Below are positions 9,945 through 20,410 of a stretch of DNA of 32,000 nt, one piece after another; within the stretch, counting starts at the first letter, position 1; each line of letters begins with the position of its first letter. The notes beneath the pieces are model-generated. The model was not told the origin of the DNA. It ran no database searches and worked only from the letters and a program-made list of their open reading frames with translations. A program made the position numbers and the translations under genes. The stretch is from Fastidiosibacter lacustris (GTDB taxonomy: Bacteria; Pseudomonadota; Gammaproteobacteria; Francisellales; Francisellaceae), in the NCBI RefSeq assembly GCF_003428155.1, contig NZ_QLIR01000002.1:180001-212000 (forward strand). Reading direction: 5' to 3'.

Positions 9945-10138
9945 GTGTACGTATCTTCAGTTTGGAAAAGTGCGATAAAACTTGTTTTTGGCTGTTATTC
10001 ATCATTCGATACTTGACAGTCGCAGTTCTAATACTTGAAAATGCTTTGTTTTGAAATTTACCACAAAACTATTTTGCAATTTTTTGAAAGTAAAAAAGTT
10101 GAATATTAAGTAAAAAAATAAAAAGCTGGAGTTAAAGA

Positions 10139-12064
10139 ATGCCTGTTATTACTTTGCCAGATGGCTCAAAACGCACGTTTGATGGGCCAGTTTCTGTTTA
10201 TAACATTGCTTTAGATATTGGTAGTGCCCTTGCGAAAGCAACCTTAGCGGGTATCGTTGATGGCAAAGAAGTTGATACAAGTTTTATTATTGAGAATGAT
10301 GCAACGCTTACGCTTATTACGGCAAAAGATGAAAAGGGTTTAGAAATTCTACGCCATTCTTGTGCGCATTTGTTAGCACAGGCAGTTAAACAGCTTTACC
10401 CAACAGCACAAGTAACCATAGGACCTGTTATTGAGAATGGTTTTTATTACGATTTTTCTTATGAACGAGCGTTTACTCCTGAAGACTTAGAAATAATTGA
10501 AAAACGCATGACTGAGCTTACTGCTTTGTCACAACCTGTTACAAGATCAGTTAAGTCACGCGATGATGCAATTACTTATTTTGAAGCAATCGGTGAGAAA
10601 TATAAGGCTGAAATTATTGCAGATTTATCAGAAGACGAAGTTTTAAGTTTATATAGTCAAGGTGATTTTACTGATTTATGCCGAGGTCCTCATGTACCAA
10701 ATACGTCATATTTGAAAGCTTTTAAACTCATGCGGGTTGCAGGAGCTTATTGGCGTGGAGATTCTAATAATGAGACGTTGACGCGCATATATGGTACTTG
10801 CTGGGCAGATAAGAAGCAGTTAAAAGAATATTTAATACGTTTAGAGGAAGCTGAGAAGCGTGATCACCGTAAAATTGGCAAAGCATTAGATTTGTTTCAC
10901 TTTCAAGAAGAATCTCCTGGAATTGCTTTTTGGCATCCAAAAGGGACAGCTATTTGGCGTGTGGTTGAGGACTATATGCGTGCATCAAATACAAAATTTG
11001 GTTGTAGTGAAATTAGAACGCCATTGATTGCCGATATCTCAATGTGGGAGAAATCAGGACATGCTGCGAAGTATTCCGAGAACATGTTTATGACTCACTC
11101 AGAAAACCGTCAATATGCAATTCGACCTATGAACTGTCCAACGTGTGTCCAAGTTTATAATCACAGTTTGCATAGTTATCGTGATTTACCCATTCGCATG
11201 GCTGAGTTTGGTGCGGTACATCGAAATGAGGCATCAGGAGCATTGCATGGGCTTTTACGTGTAAGAAGTTTCACCCAGGATGATGGTCATATTTTCTGTA
11301 GCGAAGCACAAATTGAGTCAGAAGTCACGCAAATGGTTGAGCAGTGTTTTGAGGTGTATCGCGATTTTGGTTTTACTGAATTTGATGTCAAACTTGCGCT
11401 TCGCCCAGATAATCGTGTCGGTTCCGATGAGATATGGGATAAGTCAGAAAAAGCATTGGCAGAAGCACTGAATAATCATGGAGTAAAATTTGATTATCTA
11501 CCTGGTGAAGGCGCGTTTTATGGACCTAAAATTGAATTTCATTTAAAAGATGCAATTGGTCGTAGTTGGCAGTGTGGTACAATTCAATTGGATTTATCTA
11601 TGCCAATGCGTCTTGGAGCAACTTATGTTGATGAAAACAGCGAAAAACAAGTCCCAGTTATGCTACATAGAGCGATCGTTGGTTCACTTGAACGTTTTAT
11701 TGGGGTGCTGATTGAGCATTATGCAGGTAAACTTCCTGTGTGGTTGGCACCTATTCAGATCGTAGTAGTTGGAATCAGTAATAAGCAGGATGAATACCTA
11801 CAAGAAGTCGAGCAAAAACTCATAAAATTTGGCATTCGCACACAAATTGACTTGAGAAATGAAAAAATTGGGTTTAAAATTCGCGAGCACACATTAGCAC
11901 GCGTGCCATTTATTGGCATTGCTGGCGAGAAGGAACAATCTTTAGGGCAGATTACTGTAAGAAAACAAGACGGTACTGATCTAGGTGCATTGAGTATTGA
12001 TGCATTATGTAAATTGTTGTTGGCAGAAATTGGCAAAAAATGCCGTGTAAATCTAAATAATTAG
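10139..12064 (+). CDS. thrS: Threonine--tRNA ligase
   Basis: TGS domain [70 protein letters not shown]-type motif 2 region, C-terminal anticodon domain. SD GGAG upstream. Confidence 0.99.
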   Translation: MPVITLPDGSKRTFDGPVSVYNIALDIGSALAKATLAGIVDGKEVDTSFIIENDATLTLITAKDEKGLEILRHSCAHLLAQAVKQLYPTAQVTIGPVIENGFYYDFSYERAFTPEDLEIIEKRMTELTALSQPVTRSVKSRDDAITYFEAIGEKYKAEIIADLSEDEVLSLYSQGDFTDLCRGPHVPNTSYLKAFKLMRVAGAYWRGDSNNETLTRIYGTCWADKKQLKEYLIRLEEAEKRDHRKIGKALDLFHFQEESPGIAFWHPKGTAIWRVVEDYMRASNTKFGCSEIRTPLIADISMWEKSGHAAKYSENMFMTHSENRQYAIRPMNCPTCVQVYNHSLHSYRDLPIRMAEFGAVHRNEASGALHGLLRVRSFTQDDGHIFCSEAQIESEVTQMVEQCFEVYRDFGFTEFDVKLALRPDNRVGSDEIWDKSEKALAEALNNHGVKFDYLPGEGAFYGPKIEFHLKDAIGRSWQCGTIQLDLSMPMRLGATYVDENSEKQVPVMLHRAIVGSLERFIGVLIEHYAGKLPVWLAPIQIVVVGISNKQDEYLQEVEQKLIKFGIRTQIDLRNEKIGFKIREHTLARVPFIGIAGEKEQSLGQITVRKQDGTDLGALSIDALCKLLLAEIGKKCRVNLNN

Positions 12065-12075
12065 GAGTTCGAGAT

Positions 12076-12597
12076 ATTAGTAAGGTAGAACAAAAATCGC
12101 CGGTAAACGAGCATATCAAGGCGAAAGAAGTCCGTTTAATTGGACTAGATGGAGAGCAAATTGGCGTAGTCTCATTAAAAGAGGCGCTAGAAAAGGCTGA
12201 AGAAGCAGGTGTTGATCTGGTGGAAATGGTGTCACAAGCCACACCACCGGTTTGTCGAATCATGGATTACGGTAAGTATCTATTTGAGCAAGGCAAGAAA
12301 AAAGTAGCTGCGAAGAAAAAGCAAAAGCAGATGCAGGTCAAAGAAATTAAAATTCGACCAGGCACTGATGTTGGGGACTATCAGGTAAAACTACGCAACC
12401 TTATAAAGTTCCTAGAAAGTGGCGATAAAGTCAAGATCACAGTACGTTTTAGGGGGCGTGAAATGGCGCACCAAGAGCTGGGTGTAGATATGCTTAAGCG
12501 TTTGGAAGCGGATTTGGAACCTTATGGAGTGGTTGAGCACCGACCAAAAATGGAAGGTCGCCAAATGATTATGGTTTTAGGACCTAAGAAAAAGTAA
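12076..12597 (+). CDS. infC: Translation initiation factor IF-3, initiating at AUU
   Basis: Track ORF 12220-12597 lacks the conserved N-terminus. The same frame extends upstream from ATT at 12076 ([74 protein letters not shown]). AGGAG at 12063-12067 gives 8-nt spacing. The AUU start is established for bacterial infC. Confidence 0.95.
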   Translation: MSKVEQKSPVNEHIKAKEVRLIGLDGEQIGVVSLKEALEKAEEAGVDLVEMVSQATPPVCRIMDYGKYLFEQGKKKVAAKKKQKQMQVKEIKIRPGTDVGDYQVKLRNLIKFLESGDKVKITVRFRGREMAHQELGVDMLKRLEADLEPYGVVEHRPKMEGRQMIMVLGPKKK

Positions 12598-12655
12598 ATG
12601 CGTTGAAAGAAGTTCCTTTTAGCGTGAATAAAAATGGTGAAATGCGGAGTATATT

Positions 12656-12853
12656 ATGCCAAAAATTAAAACAAATCGAGGTGCTGCTAAGCGCTTTAAA
12701 AGAACTGGTAAGGGTGGTTTCAAGCATCGTTCTGCAAACCGCGCTCACATTAACACTAAGATGACGACTAAGCGTAAGCGTCATTTACGTGGTATGTCTC
12801 AAGTAGCTAAAGTAGACGTGCCAAGTTTGATTCAACAAATGCCTTATGCCTAA
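12656..12853 (+). CDS. rpmI: 50S ribosomal protein L35
   Basis: [31 protein letters not shown]...TKRKRHLRG. Confidence 0.99.
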   Translation: MPKIKTNRGAAKRFKRTGKGGFKHRSANRAHINTKMTTKRKRHLRGMSQVAKVDVPSLIQQMPYA

Positions 12854-12884
12854 GTGTTAATAAATTTTTAAAGTGGAGTAGATT

Positions 12885-13244
12885 ATGCCTAGAGTAAAAA
12901 GAGGTGTGCAAGCACGCCGTCGTCATAAAAAGATTTTAAACCAAGCTAAAGGTTATTACGGTGCACGCTCGCGTGTTTATCGTGTAGCTAAGCAAGCGGT
13001 GATTAAAGCAGGTCAATATGCTTATCGTGACCGTAAGCAAAGAAAAAGACAATTTAGAGCACTTTGGATTGTGCGTATTAATGCCGCAGCACGTCAGCAC
13101 GATATGAGCTACAGCATGTTTATAAATGGACTTAAAAAAGCCAATATTGAGCTTGACCGTAAGGTGTTAGCTGAATTAGCTGTTTTCAACAAGGATGCGT
13201 TTGCGCAATTAGTTGAAAAAGCAAAAGCTGCACTTGTTGCTTAA
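12885..13244 (+). CDS. rplT: 50S ribosomal protein L20
   Basis: [71 protein letters not shown]. Confidence 0.99.
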   Translation: MPRVKRGVQARRRHKKILNQAKGYYGARSRVYRVAKQAVIKAGQYAYRDRKQRKRQFRALWIVRINAAARQHDMSYSMFINGLKKANIELDRKVLAELAVFNKDAFAQLVEKAKAALVA

Positions 13245-13269
13245 TAAGCGTAAATTAAAGGGTTTTGTT

Positions 13270-13306
13270 AAAGGGCATATCTTTTCTTAAGATATGCCCT
13301 TTTTTA
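13270..13306 (+). terminator. Rho-independent terminator closing thrS-infC-rpmI-rplT
   Basis: AAAGGGCATATCTT - TTCTT - AAGATATGCCCTTT followed by TTTT. 14-bp perfect stem. Confidence 0.92.
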
Positions 13307-13488
13307 TATGTTTTAATGAAAGCAATATGATTTTGTTACTGTTTATTTAGCTGAAAATGTGAATGTATTTGTTGTGGACAATTAAAGCTTTGAAAATATT
13401 AAAATAATTGTTAATGGGCTCAGCTATTTAAAGTTTTGAGTTTGCGTTATAGAGATAAAACTTTTTTGTAATGAAGATGGGAGAAAAC

Positions 13489-14808
13489 ATGCAGAAAAAA
13501 CAGTATATGAATTTTTGGATGCTGGTAGCCTTGGTTTCTGGCAATATGGTAGGCTCGGGAATATTTTTATTGCCGTCAGGGTTGGCCAAATTTGGTACAA
13601 TCAGTATTTTAGCATGGATTTTTACAGCGCTAGGGTCGGTGTTGTTAGCTTTGGTGTTTTGTAGTTTTAGTCGTCTTGTTCCTAAAGTGGACGGCGGACC
13701 TTACATCTATGTCCGAGTTGGCATGGGTAAGTTTATGGGGTTTCAAAGTGGTTTCGGTTACTGGATATCATTGTGGGTTGGAAATTGTGCGATTTCTTTG
13801 GCGGCAGTTGGTTATTTAAGTTTTTTCTTTCCAATTCTTGAAAATAGGACGGTTGCTGGAATTACTGCAATTGGTATTATTTGGCTATTCACCGGATACA
13901 ATATGTTTGGTGCAAGGACAGTAGGGTGGTTACAGATTTTGTCAATGATTGGTAAGGGTCTTCCATTATTATTTATTATTTTTGTGGGTATTTGGTATAT
14001 TCATCCTGAATATTACCTTGAGTTTAATCGCACAGAAAACTCAAGTTTAAATGCAATTAGTGCAGCAGCATCGCTAACGCTGTGGGCATTTATTGGGCTT
14101 GAGTCTGCCACAGTCACAGCCAGTAAGGTTAAAAACCCTAAAAAGACCATTCCTTTGGCAACGCTTACCGGGACATTGATTGCAGCATTTATTTATATTT
14201 TAAGCTCGACAGTTATTATGGGAATGCTGCCAGCAGCAGATTTGGTAAATTCAAATGCACCATTTGCGTTAGCTGCAAAAGAAATTATTGGTCAAAGTGG
14301 TGGTGTGATAATTGCTGTTGCCGCAGTTATAGCATGTTTAGGAACACTTAATGGCTGGATAATGGTGGCATCTATCGTTTCTAAATCAATTGCTGAAACA
14401 AATCTATTTCCAAAAATATTTGCTAAGCAGAATAGGTATGGTGCTCCAAGTTTTAGTTTAATTTTATCAGGTGTGCTTATGACAGTGTTGTTATTGTTGA
14501 CAATGTCAAAAACATTGGTTGAACAGTTTGAGCTTATTATTCTAATGGCAGTTTTAACAGCACTTGTTCCTTACTTCTATACTACAATTTCAAACATTTT
14601 AGTTATTAAGCAACAAGATGCCAATAGCCCATTTTGGCAAACAGCAATTATTATTGCTGTATTAGCTTGTGGATATTCTTTTTGGACTATCGTAGGTTCA
14701 GGTCAAGAAGTTGTTTATTATGGTATGATTTTGTTCTTCTTAGGTACCCCAATCTATGCGATTGCCGAGTGGATGAATTTACAGAAAAAAACTCAAAGTA
14801 GCTTTTAG
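13489..14808 (+). CDS. APC-superfamily amino acid permease/antiporter (basic amino acid/polyamine antiporter type)
   Basis: NFWMLVALVSGNMVGSGIFLLPSGLAKFGTISILAWIFTALG, GGPYIYVRVGMGKFMGFQSGFGYWIS, WAFIGLESATVTASKVKNPKKTIPLAT. Track start is 13471; ATG at 13489 has a better-placed GGGAG SD. Substrate not determinable. Confidence 0.88.
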   Translation: MQKKQYMNFWMLVALVSGNMVGSGIFLLPSGLAKFGTISILAWIFTALGSVLLALVFCSFSRLVPKVDGGPYIYVRVGMGKFMGFQSGFGYWISLWVGNCAISLAAVGYLSFFFPILENRTVAGITAIGIIWLFTGYNMFGARTVGWLQILSMIGKGLPLLFIIFVGIWYIHPEYYLEFNRTENSSLNAISAAASLTLWAFIGLESATVTASKVKNPKKTIPLATLTGTLIAAFIYILSSTVIMGMLPAADLVNSNAPFALAAKEIIGQSGGVIIAVAAVIACLGTLNGWIMVASIVSKSIAETNLFPKIFAKQNRYGAPSFSLILSGVLMTVLLLLTMSKTLVEQFELIILMAVLTALVPYFYTTISNILVIKQQDANSPFWQTAIIIAVLACGYSFWTIVGSGQEVVYYGMILFFLGTPIYAIAEWMNLQKKTQSSF

Positions 14809-14975
14809 AGTTTTCCTTCATAGCGACATAAACAAGGTCTTTACTTGTGGAAACCTTTACTCAAGGGAATGGGTATGTTTTTTTGTTAAATTAAGCTTTG
14901 TTTTGATGTAAAGGTTGTCTTTTATCAGACGATTCGTTACACTTCAACGTTTATTAATCATAAGGAGTAAATATT

Positions 14976-15254
14976 ATGGCACAAGCATCGGCTCGCCACA
15001 TTCTCGTTCAAACTGAAACAGAATGTGAAGCACTTAAAAAAGAAATTGAAGCAGGTAAGGATTTTGCTAAAGCTGCTGCTGAGAAATCTCTTTGTCCCTC
15101 TGGACGAAATGGTGGTGAATTAGGTACGTTTAGTCCAGGACAAATGGTTCCTGAGTTTGATAGAGTCGTATTCAATGGAGAGGTTGGTAAAGTGCATGGT
15201 CCTGTTAAAACTCAATTTGGCTATCACTTGGTTGAAATTACTGCACGTTCTTAA
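14976..15254 (+). CDS. ppiC: Parvulin-type peptidyl-prolyl cis-trans isomerase
   Basis: SARHILVQTETECEALKKEIEAGKDFAKAAAEKSLCPSGRNGGELGTFSPGQMVPEFDRVVFNGEVGKVHGPVKTQFGYHLVEI. Confidence 0.95.
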   Translation: MAQASARHILVQTETECEALKKEIEAGKDFAKAAAEKSLCPSGRNGGELGTFSPGQMVPEFDRVVFNGEVGKVHGPVKTQFGYHLVEITARS

Positions 15255-15464
15255 TTTAATCGTATTTGTAGTTAAATAAATTTTGCCAAATGACTGATTT
15301 ATTCTTAAACAAATTATCTTAAAATAATTCTGTACCTTTTATTAAATTCAGGTACAATAACGACTTTGAATTTATCAACAGCATACTCGTCACGAATCAT
15401 TTTTGATGGCTTAAAGCGCAGAAGGGGAGTGGTGGGTATACATTAACTTTTGGGTTTTAACTAT

Positions 15465-17165
15465 ATGACTACTGATTCTGAGCAATTAAGCTTTCATGAT
15501 TTGGGCTTAAACGATAAACTTTTGGCTGCCATTGAGGGAATGGGGTACCAAACGCCGACACCGATTCAAGCAAATACTATTCCTTATGTCTTGCAAGGTC
15601 GTGATGTATTGGGTCAAGCGCAAACAGGGACCGGTAAAACGGCTGCATTTGCGTTGCCATTATTACATAATATGGATCTTTCTGGTAAAGAGCAGCTACC
15701 ACAAGTATTAGTATTAACGCCAACGCGTGAACTTGCTATTCAAGTTGCAGAAAGCTTTGAAAATTTATCTAAAAATATTACAAAATTAGACGTGATATCG
15801 ATTTACGGTGGTCAAGAGTATGGTCGCCAAATTCAAGCATTACGTCGAGGTGTTCAGGTCGTGGTAGGAACAGCAGGGCGGATCATGGATCATATGCGTA
15901 AAGGTACGCTTAAACTAGATGCGCTTAAAGCACTTGTGCTAGATGAAGCAGATGAAATGTTACGCATGGGCTTTATTGATGATGTGAAATGGGTATTGTC
16001 TCATACTCCAGAAGCTTGTCAGCGTTTATTGTTCTCTGCAACTATGCCTCGTGATATAATTGGCATTGTAAATGAATACTTACGTGAACCATGCAAGGTA
16101 CAGATTAAAACAAAAACAGCAACTGCTAAAACCGTTCATCAACGCTTTTTAGTAGTCAAAGGATTATCTAAATTAGATGCACTTGATCGTATTTTAGAAG
16201 TAGAAGACACTGATGGTGTGATGGTGTTTGTTAAAACAAAAACTTCAACGATGGAAGTTGCTGATGGTTTAAAGGCGCGGGGGCACCTTGCTGTTGCTAT
16301 AAATGGTGATATGCAGCAAAATCAACGTGAACATATTATTGATCAGTTAAAGTCATCTAAAATTAATATCCTTGTGGCAACTGACGTGGTTGCAAGAGGG
16401 TTAGACGTTGAGCGTATTAGCCATGTAATTAACTATGACTTACCGCAGGATAACGAAGCATACATTCATCGTATTGGACGAACAGGAAGGGCTGGACGCG
16501 AAGGAGATGCTATTTCGTTAATTTATATCAAAGACATGCGTCAACTTAGAATGTTAGAGCGTGTGATTCGTCATACAATAGAAGAAATGCAGTTGCCAAG
16601 TGCTACAGCTATTATTGAAAAGCGAGTCGCGCGCTTCAAACATGAAGTAGCAGAAGTGATTCGTCATAAAGACTTAAGTAAATTTAAGGCATTAATGCAA
16701 GACTTCCAAGTGGAATATGGTGCAGAAACAGAAGATATGTTAGCGGCACTTGCTTTACTTGCTCAAGGAGATAAAAAACTTTTTATTAAAGAAATCCAGG
16801 TTCAAGATCAGCGCAATGAGCGTCGTGGGCGAGATGATCAAGATGCAAGGGGCTTAAGAGGTAAAAGAACTGAGCGTGATCAACGTGGTTTTCGATCACA
16901 AAATCGAGGTGAGCGTGATTTAGATATGTCAATGAGAACGTATCGTATTGAAGTTGGTCGCAATGATGGCATTGAGCCGCGCAATATCGTCGGTGCAATT
17001 GCCAATGAAGCAGGAATTAATAGTCGTCATATTGGACATATTAAATTATTTGATAAATTTAGTACGGTAGATTTACCTGCTGATACACCAAAACAAGTTA
17101 TTGAGCATTTGAAGAAAGTCTGGGTAGGAGGCAAAAAGCTTGATATAAAAGAAGATGGAAGGTAA
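15465..17165 (+). CDS. deaD: DEAD-box RNA helicase, DeaD/CsdA type
   Basis: Q-motif FHDLGLNDKLLAAIEGMGYQTPTPIQANTIP, AQTGTGKTAAFALP, PTRELAIQV, VLDEADEMLRMGF, SATMP, HRIGRTGRAG. C-terminal RNA-binding domain (RTYRIEVGRNDGIEPRNIVGAIANEAGINSRHIGHIKLFDKFSTVDLP). Track start 15450 is TTG; ATG at 15465 is more likely. Confidence 0.96.
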   Translation: MTTDSEQLSFHDLGLNDKLLAAIEGMGYQTPTPIQANTIPYVLQGRDVLGQAQTGTGKTAAFALPLLHNMDLSGKEQLPQVLVLTPTRELAIQVAESFENLSKNITKLDVISIYGGQEYGRQIQALRRGVQVVVGTAGRIMDHMRKGTLKLDALKALVLDEADEMLRMGFIDDVKWVLSHTPEACQRLLFSATMPRDIIGIVNEYLREPCKVQIKTKTATAKTVHQRFLVVKGLSKLDALDRILEVEDTDGVMVFVKTKTSTMEVADGLKARGHLAVAINGDMQQNQREHIIDQLKSSKINILVATDVVARGLDVERISHVINYDLPQDNEAYIHRIGRTGRAGREGDAISLIYIKDMRQLRMLERVIRHTIEEMQLPSATAIIEKRVARFKHEVAEVIRHKDLSKFKALMQDFQVEYGAETEDMLAALALLAQGDKKLFIKEIQVQDQRNERRGRDDQDARGLRGKRTERDQRGFRSQNRGERDLDMSMRTYRIEVGRNDGIEPRNIVGAIANEAGINSRHIGHIKLFDKFSTVDLPADTPKQVIEHLKKVWVGGKKLDIKEDGR

Positions 17166-17246
17166 GTGGAATTATCTATAGTATGTGGATATTATATAAT
17201 TCCATTCGTGGATGATACCTAAGTAAACATCAAAATACACATCGTT

Positions 17247-17300
17247 ATATATAGTCTATATATTTACAACTGCATTTTTAGGACAATCATGCAGTTGTCC
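17247..17300 (+). promoter_or_regulatory. Structured leader/operator candidate upstream of the PAS-receiver gene
   Basis: Palindrome ATATATAG-T-CTATATAT (17247-17263). Hairpin ACAACTGCA (17266-17274)/TGCAGTTGT (17290-17298). A competing hairpin GGACAA (17281-17286)/TTGTCC (17295-17300) overlaps it. Confidence 0.4.
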
Positions 17301-17323
17301 CCCAAAACTTACACTGAAATGTT

Positions 17324-18823
17324 ATGAACATTAATAAAGCGATTGCTATACCGTTAGATCGATTTGATGGTTTCGTTTATTTTCTAAATCAAGATGGCGT
17401 TATTCTTGACTGCAATGAGGAATTTTTACAATACATAAATAAAGAAAAACCGGATGTCATAGGGAGACGTTTTGAAGATTTTGACAAAGAAAGTGGTAAA
17501 TTAATCGATAAAGTCAATGATATTATGCTTGGTCTACATAGCGATCAAGATAATTTCATTAAGAACTCCGTGCCTTATTTTAAAACTATGGAGTTTCTTA
17601 AATTACAAGAATTAAAAGGTGAGAAGCAACGTCAATATATATTTGACTCTCAAAAACGGTTAATAACAAATCAAAATGGACAAATTTTAGGTTTGCTTAA
17701 TATTTCTTGGGATGTAAGTAGTGATAGAGTACAAACAAAGGGAAGTTTACCTGAAGAAATTGCCCATGAACTTAAACAGTTATTAGAGGTATTGTTTGGT
17801 AAAATTTTCTGTTTCTTTCATTCGATTAGGTTAGACGAAGGTGAAAAAAAAGAGCAGCAGAAACAGATGCTTGAAAAAATCACAGCAAATATAACAAAAG
17901 AATTTGATTCTATCTTTTCTAAATTGACGGGATTAACAGAAAATCGATTTATTCTGGCACCTAAAGTGAATGATAGGCATTATGCTTACAAAATGTTAAT
18001 AGTATCGGATAGAGGTGGGTTTTCAAATTTTTTCAAAGCTATGTTACGGTGTGATTGCTTTGACATTTATGTTTGTAATATGTATGAGTTTGAGGGAGAT
18101 ATTGCTTTACAGTCTAAATTATATGATGGAGTTTTCCAGTTTGCAGTTTTTGATAATTTTGGCTCAAAAATGACAAATTGGTCATGGAAAATTCACTATA
18201 CTACGATACCAATCATATTAGTTAAGAACGATGACTTTCTTCAAAATGACCTTGGCATATCTGAAGAGCGTATTAAACTTCATTTTATAGTAGATAAAGA
18301 GGATTCTGATGCAGCGAAAGATTATGTAAAGGAAATGTTTTCACTATGGTATGAGTTTAGGTTGAACTTTATACGAGCGCGGATAAAAAATACGGGTACC
18401 TTCAAAGTATTGCTGGTTGAGGATCATAAAGATTCTAAAGACACACTAAGTCAGTTAATTATATATCTATGCTCAAAACGACAAGTGACTAACTTAGAGG
18501 CCATTTCTGCAAGTAACGGTAGCGAAGCATTAAAGTATTTAATTAATATTGAGTTTGATCTTATTATACTTGATCTGGGGTTACCTGACATGACAGGTTA
18601 TGATATAGTCTTACGTTTAAGGGCGATACAAGAAAAATTTAGGCGAATTTTTACTCCAATAATCGTAAATACTGGGCATGATTTCGAAACGTTTTATGCA
18701 ACTGAATATGTACAGCAATATGGCTTCGATCGAATGTACCTTAAACCTCATATAGTTAATGATATCGAAGTAATTTTAGATGATTACGTGCCAGAAAAGA
18801 AGGAGCTTGTAGGAGAAGCATAA
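17324..18823 (+). CDS. PAS-domain signalling protein with degenerate central receiver-like region and intact C-terminal receiver (REC) domain
   Basis: N-terminal PAS-like (LDRFDGFVYFLNQDGVILDCNEEFLQYINKEKPDVIGRRFEDF). C-terminal REC with VLLVEDHKDSK, DLIILDLGLPDMTGYD, PIIVNTGHD, DRMYLKPH. No HATPase motifs and no DNA-binding or GGDEF output domain seen. Confidence 0.8.
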   Translation: MNINKAIAIPLDRFDGFVYFLNQDGVILDCNEEFLQYINKEKPDVIGRRFEDFDKESGKLIDKVNDIMLGLHSDQDNFIKNSVPYFKTMEFLKLQELKGEKQRQYIFDSQKRLITNQNGQILGLLNISWDVSSDRVQTKGSLPEEIAHELKQLLEVLFGKIFCFFHSIRLDEGEKKEQQKQMLEKITANITKEFDSIFSKLTGLTENRFILAPKVNDRHYAYKMLIVSDRGGFSNFFKAMLRCDCFDIYVCNMYEFEGDIALQSKLYDGVFQFAVFDNFGSKMTNWSWKIHYTTIPIILVKNDDFLQNDLGISEERIKLHFIVDKEDSDAAKDYVKEMFSLWYEFRLNFIRARIKNTGTFKVLLVEDHKDSKDTLSQLIIYLCSKRQVTNLEAISASNGSEALKYLINIEFDLIILDLGLPDMTGYDIVLRLRAIQEKFRRIFTPIIVNTGHDFETFYATEYVQQYGFDRMYLKPHIVNDIEVILDDYVPEKKELVGEA

Positions 18824-19147
18824 AGAGGAAGGGGGAGTGTTTGTGACCAGTTTATTGTCGGTTTATGAGGTTCTTATTCAATAGGAGATGTTATATACAT
18901 ATAGACGTTTTTTATGCAGAAAGGATGTAGTCATATTAGTTGAAGGCTTATAGTTTATATAGTTTACATTGTTAGCTTTCCATATTCTTGTCTTAAGTAT
19001 CCCTATTCACCGTTGTATGAGTAAGTTTTGTAGAAGGTCATTTATTTATGAAATGTTTTCTAGCAGTTTGTCTGCTCTCTTTTACCGATAAGGATATGCA
19101 GTTATACTATGTCAGTATAAATACTAGGATCAAGGTGGGAGCGTTAA

Positions 19148-20410
19148 ATGCTAAAAAACAAAAAAAGTATTATTTTATTAATGGATTCATTTGGAATTGG
19201 TGCAGCAAAAGATGCCAAAACTTTTGGTGATGAAGGTGCCGATACATTAGGACATATTGTGGAGTATCGTGCAAAAAATAATCTGCGACTCAACTTACCT
19301 CATTTAGCTAAACGTGGCTTGCAAAAGGCTGCTGAATTAAGTCGTGGACGTAAGCTTGCTATCGATTTAAGCACAAAAGAAGTAATAATATCCGCCAAAT
19401 ACGGCTATTGTGTAGAAACTAGTAAAGGTAAAGATACACCTAGTGGCCATTGGGAAATTGCAGGTGTCCCTGTTCATTTTGATTGGCATTATTTTACGCC
19501 ATCACAACAAGACCCTCAAGCATCTGTGTTTCCAGAAGCATTTATGCGTCAGTGGATAAAGCGTACAAACCTCAATAAGGGAGTGATTGATGCAGGTCAC
19601 GCATCAGGAACAGAAGTGTTAAAAGTGTATGGGATTGAACATTGCTTAAGTGGCAAGCCTATTGTCTATACTTCTGCTGATAGCGTGTTTCAAGTAGCTG
19701 CCCATGAAGAATATTTTGGTTTAGATCGATTATTAGAGATCTGTCAAATTGCACGTAAGCTTCTAGATGAGATGGGTTTAATCGTAGGAAGAGTCATTGC
19801 TCGACCATTTGTTGGTGAGTCAGCAAATGACTACGCGCGTACAGGAAATAGAAAAGATTATTCGATATTGCCGCCTAACCCCACTTTATTGGATAGACTT
19901 ACCAAGGAAGGTGGTGAAGTGATCTCTATTGGCAAGATTGCTGATATTTATGCTAATCAAGGAATCACGCAAAAAATAAAGGCAACAGGATTAAATGAGT
20001 TATTTGATAAGACGTTAGAGGCATATAAAAATGCTAAACCTAATACACTTATTTTCACCAATTTTGTTGATTTTGATTCAAGCTTTGGGCATCGACGTGA
20101 CGTTGAAGGTTATGCTAAAGCTTTAGAATATTTTGATACGCGTTTGCCTGAACTAGACCAGTTATTAGATGATGATACAATTGTTATCATTACTGCTGAT
20201 CATGGTTGTGATCCAAGTTGGCAAGGAACAGATCACACGCGTGAGCATATTCCGTTTTTATTGTGGGGTAAAAAGATCAAACCAGCTTATATGGGTGAGC
20301 GTATGACTTTTGCAGACATTGGTCAAAGCATCGCTGATTTTATGGGTGTGAGTGCTTTAAATTATGGATTATCGGTTTTTAAAACGGAGCCTGTAAGTGT
20401 TGAAGTATAG
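19148..20410 (+). CDS. deoB: Phosphopentomutase
   Basis: [101 protein letters not shown]. Confidence 0.98.
   Translation: MLKNKKSIILLMDSFGIGAAKDAKTFGDEGADTLGHIVEYRAKNNLRLNLPHLAKRGLQKAAELSRGRKLAIDLSTKEVIISAKYGYCVETSKGKDTPSGHWEIAGVPVHFDWHYFTPSQQDPQASVFPEAFMRQWIKRTNLNKGVIDAGHASGTEVLKVYGIEHCLSGKPIVYTSADSVFQVAAHEEYFGLDRLLEICQIARKLLDEMGLIVGRVIARPFVGESANDYARTGNRKDYSILPPNPTLLDRLTKEGGEVISIGKIADIYANQGITQKIKATGLNELFDKTLEAYKNAKPNTLIFTNFVDFDSSFGHRRDVEGYAKALEYFDTRLPELDQLLDDDTIVIITADHGCDPSWQGTDHTREHIPFLLWGKKIKPAYMGERMTFADIGQSIADFMGVSALNYGLSVFKTEPVSVEV

Noticed and set aside
11280-12263. ORFs 11280-11471 (+), 11755-12036 (-), 11952-12263 (-)
   Set aside because: Shadow frames of thrS and infC.
12584-12784. 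Minus ORF 12584-12784
   Set aside because: Antisense to rpmI.
15327-15363. TGTACCT...AGGTACA hairpin upstream of deaD as a terminator or cold-shock element
   Set aside because: Only a 7-bp stem without a following U-tract. Cold-shock regulation is plausible for deaD, but this sequence alone does not support it.
16786-16998. Minus ORF with Cys/His-rich translation (HRRYCAAQCHHCDQLQYD..., HDAHCA)
   Set aside because: It looks zinc-finger-like, but it is the complement of the Arg-rich C-terminus of the DeaD-like helicase.
19048-19230. Plus ORF 19048-19230
   Set aside because: Overlaps the strong deoB start in another frame, with no motifs.
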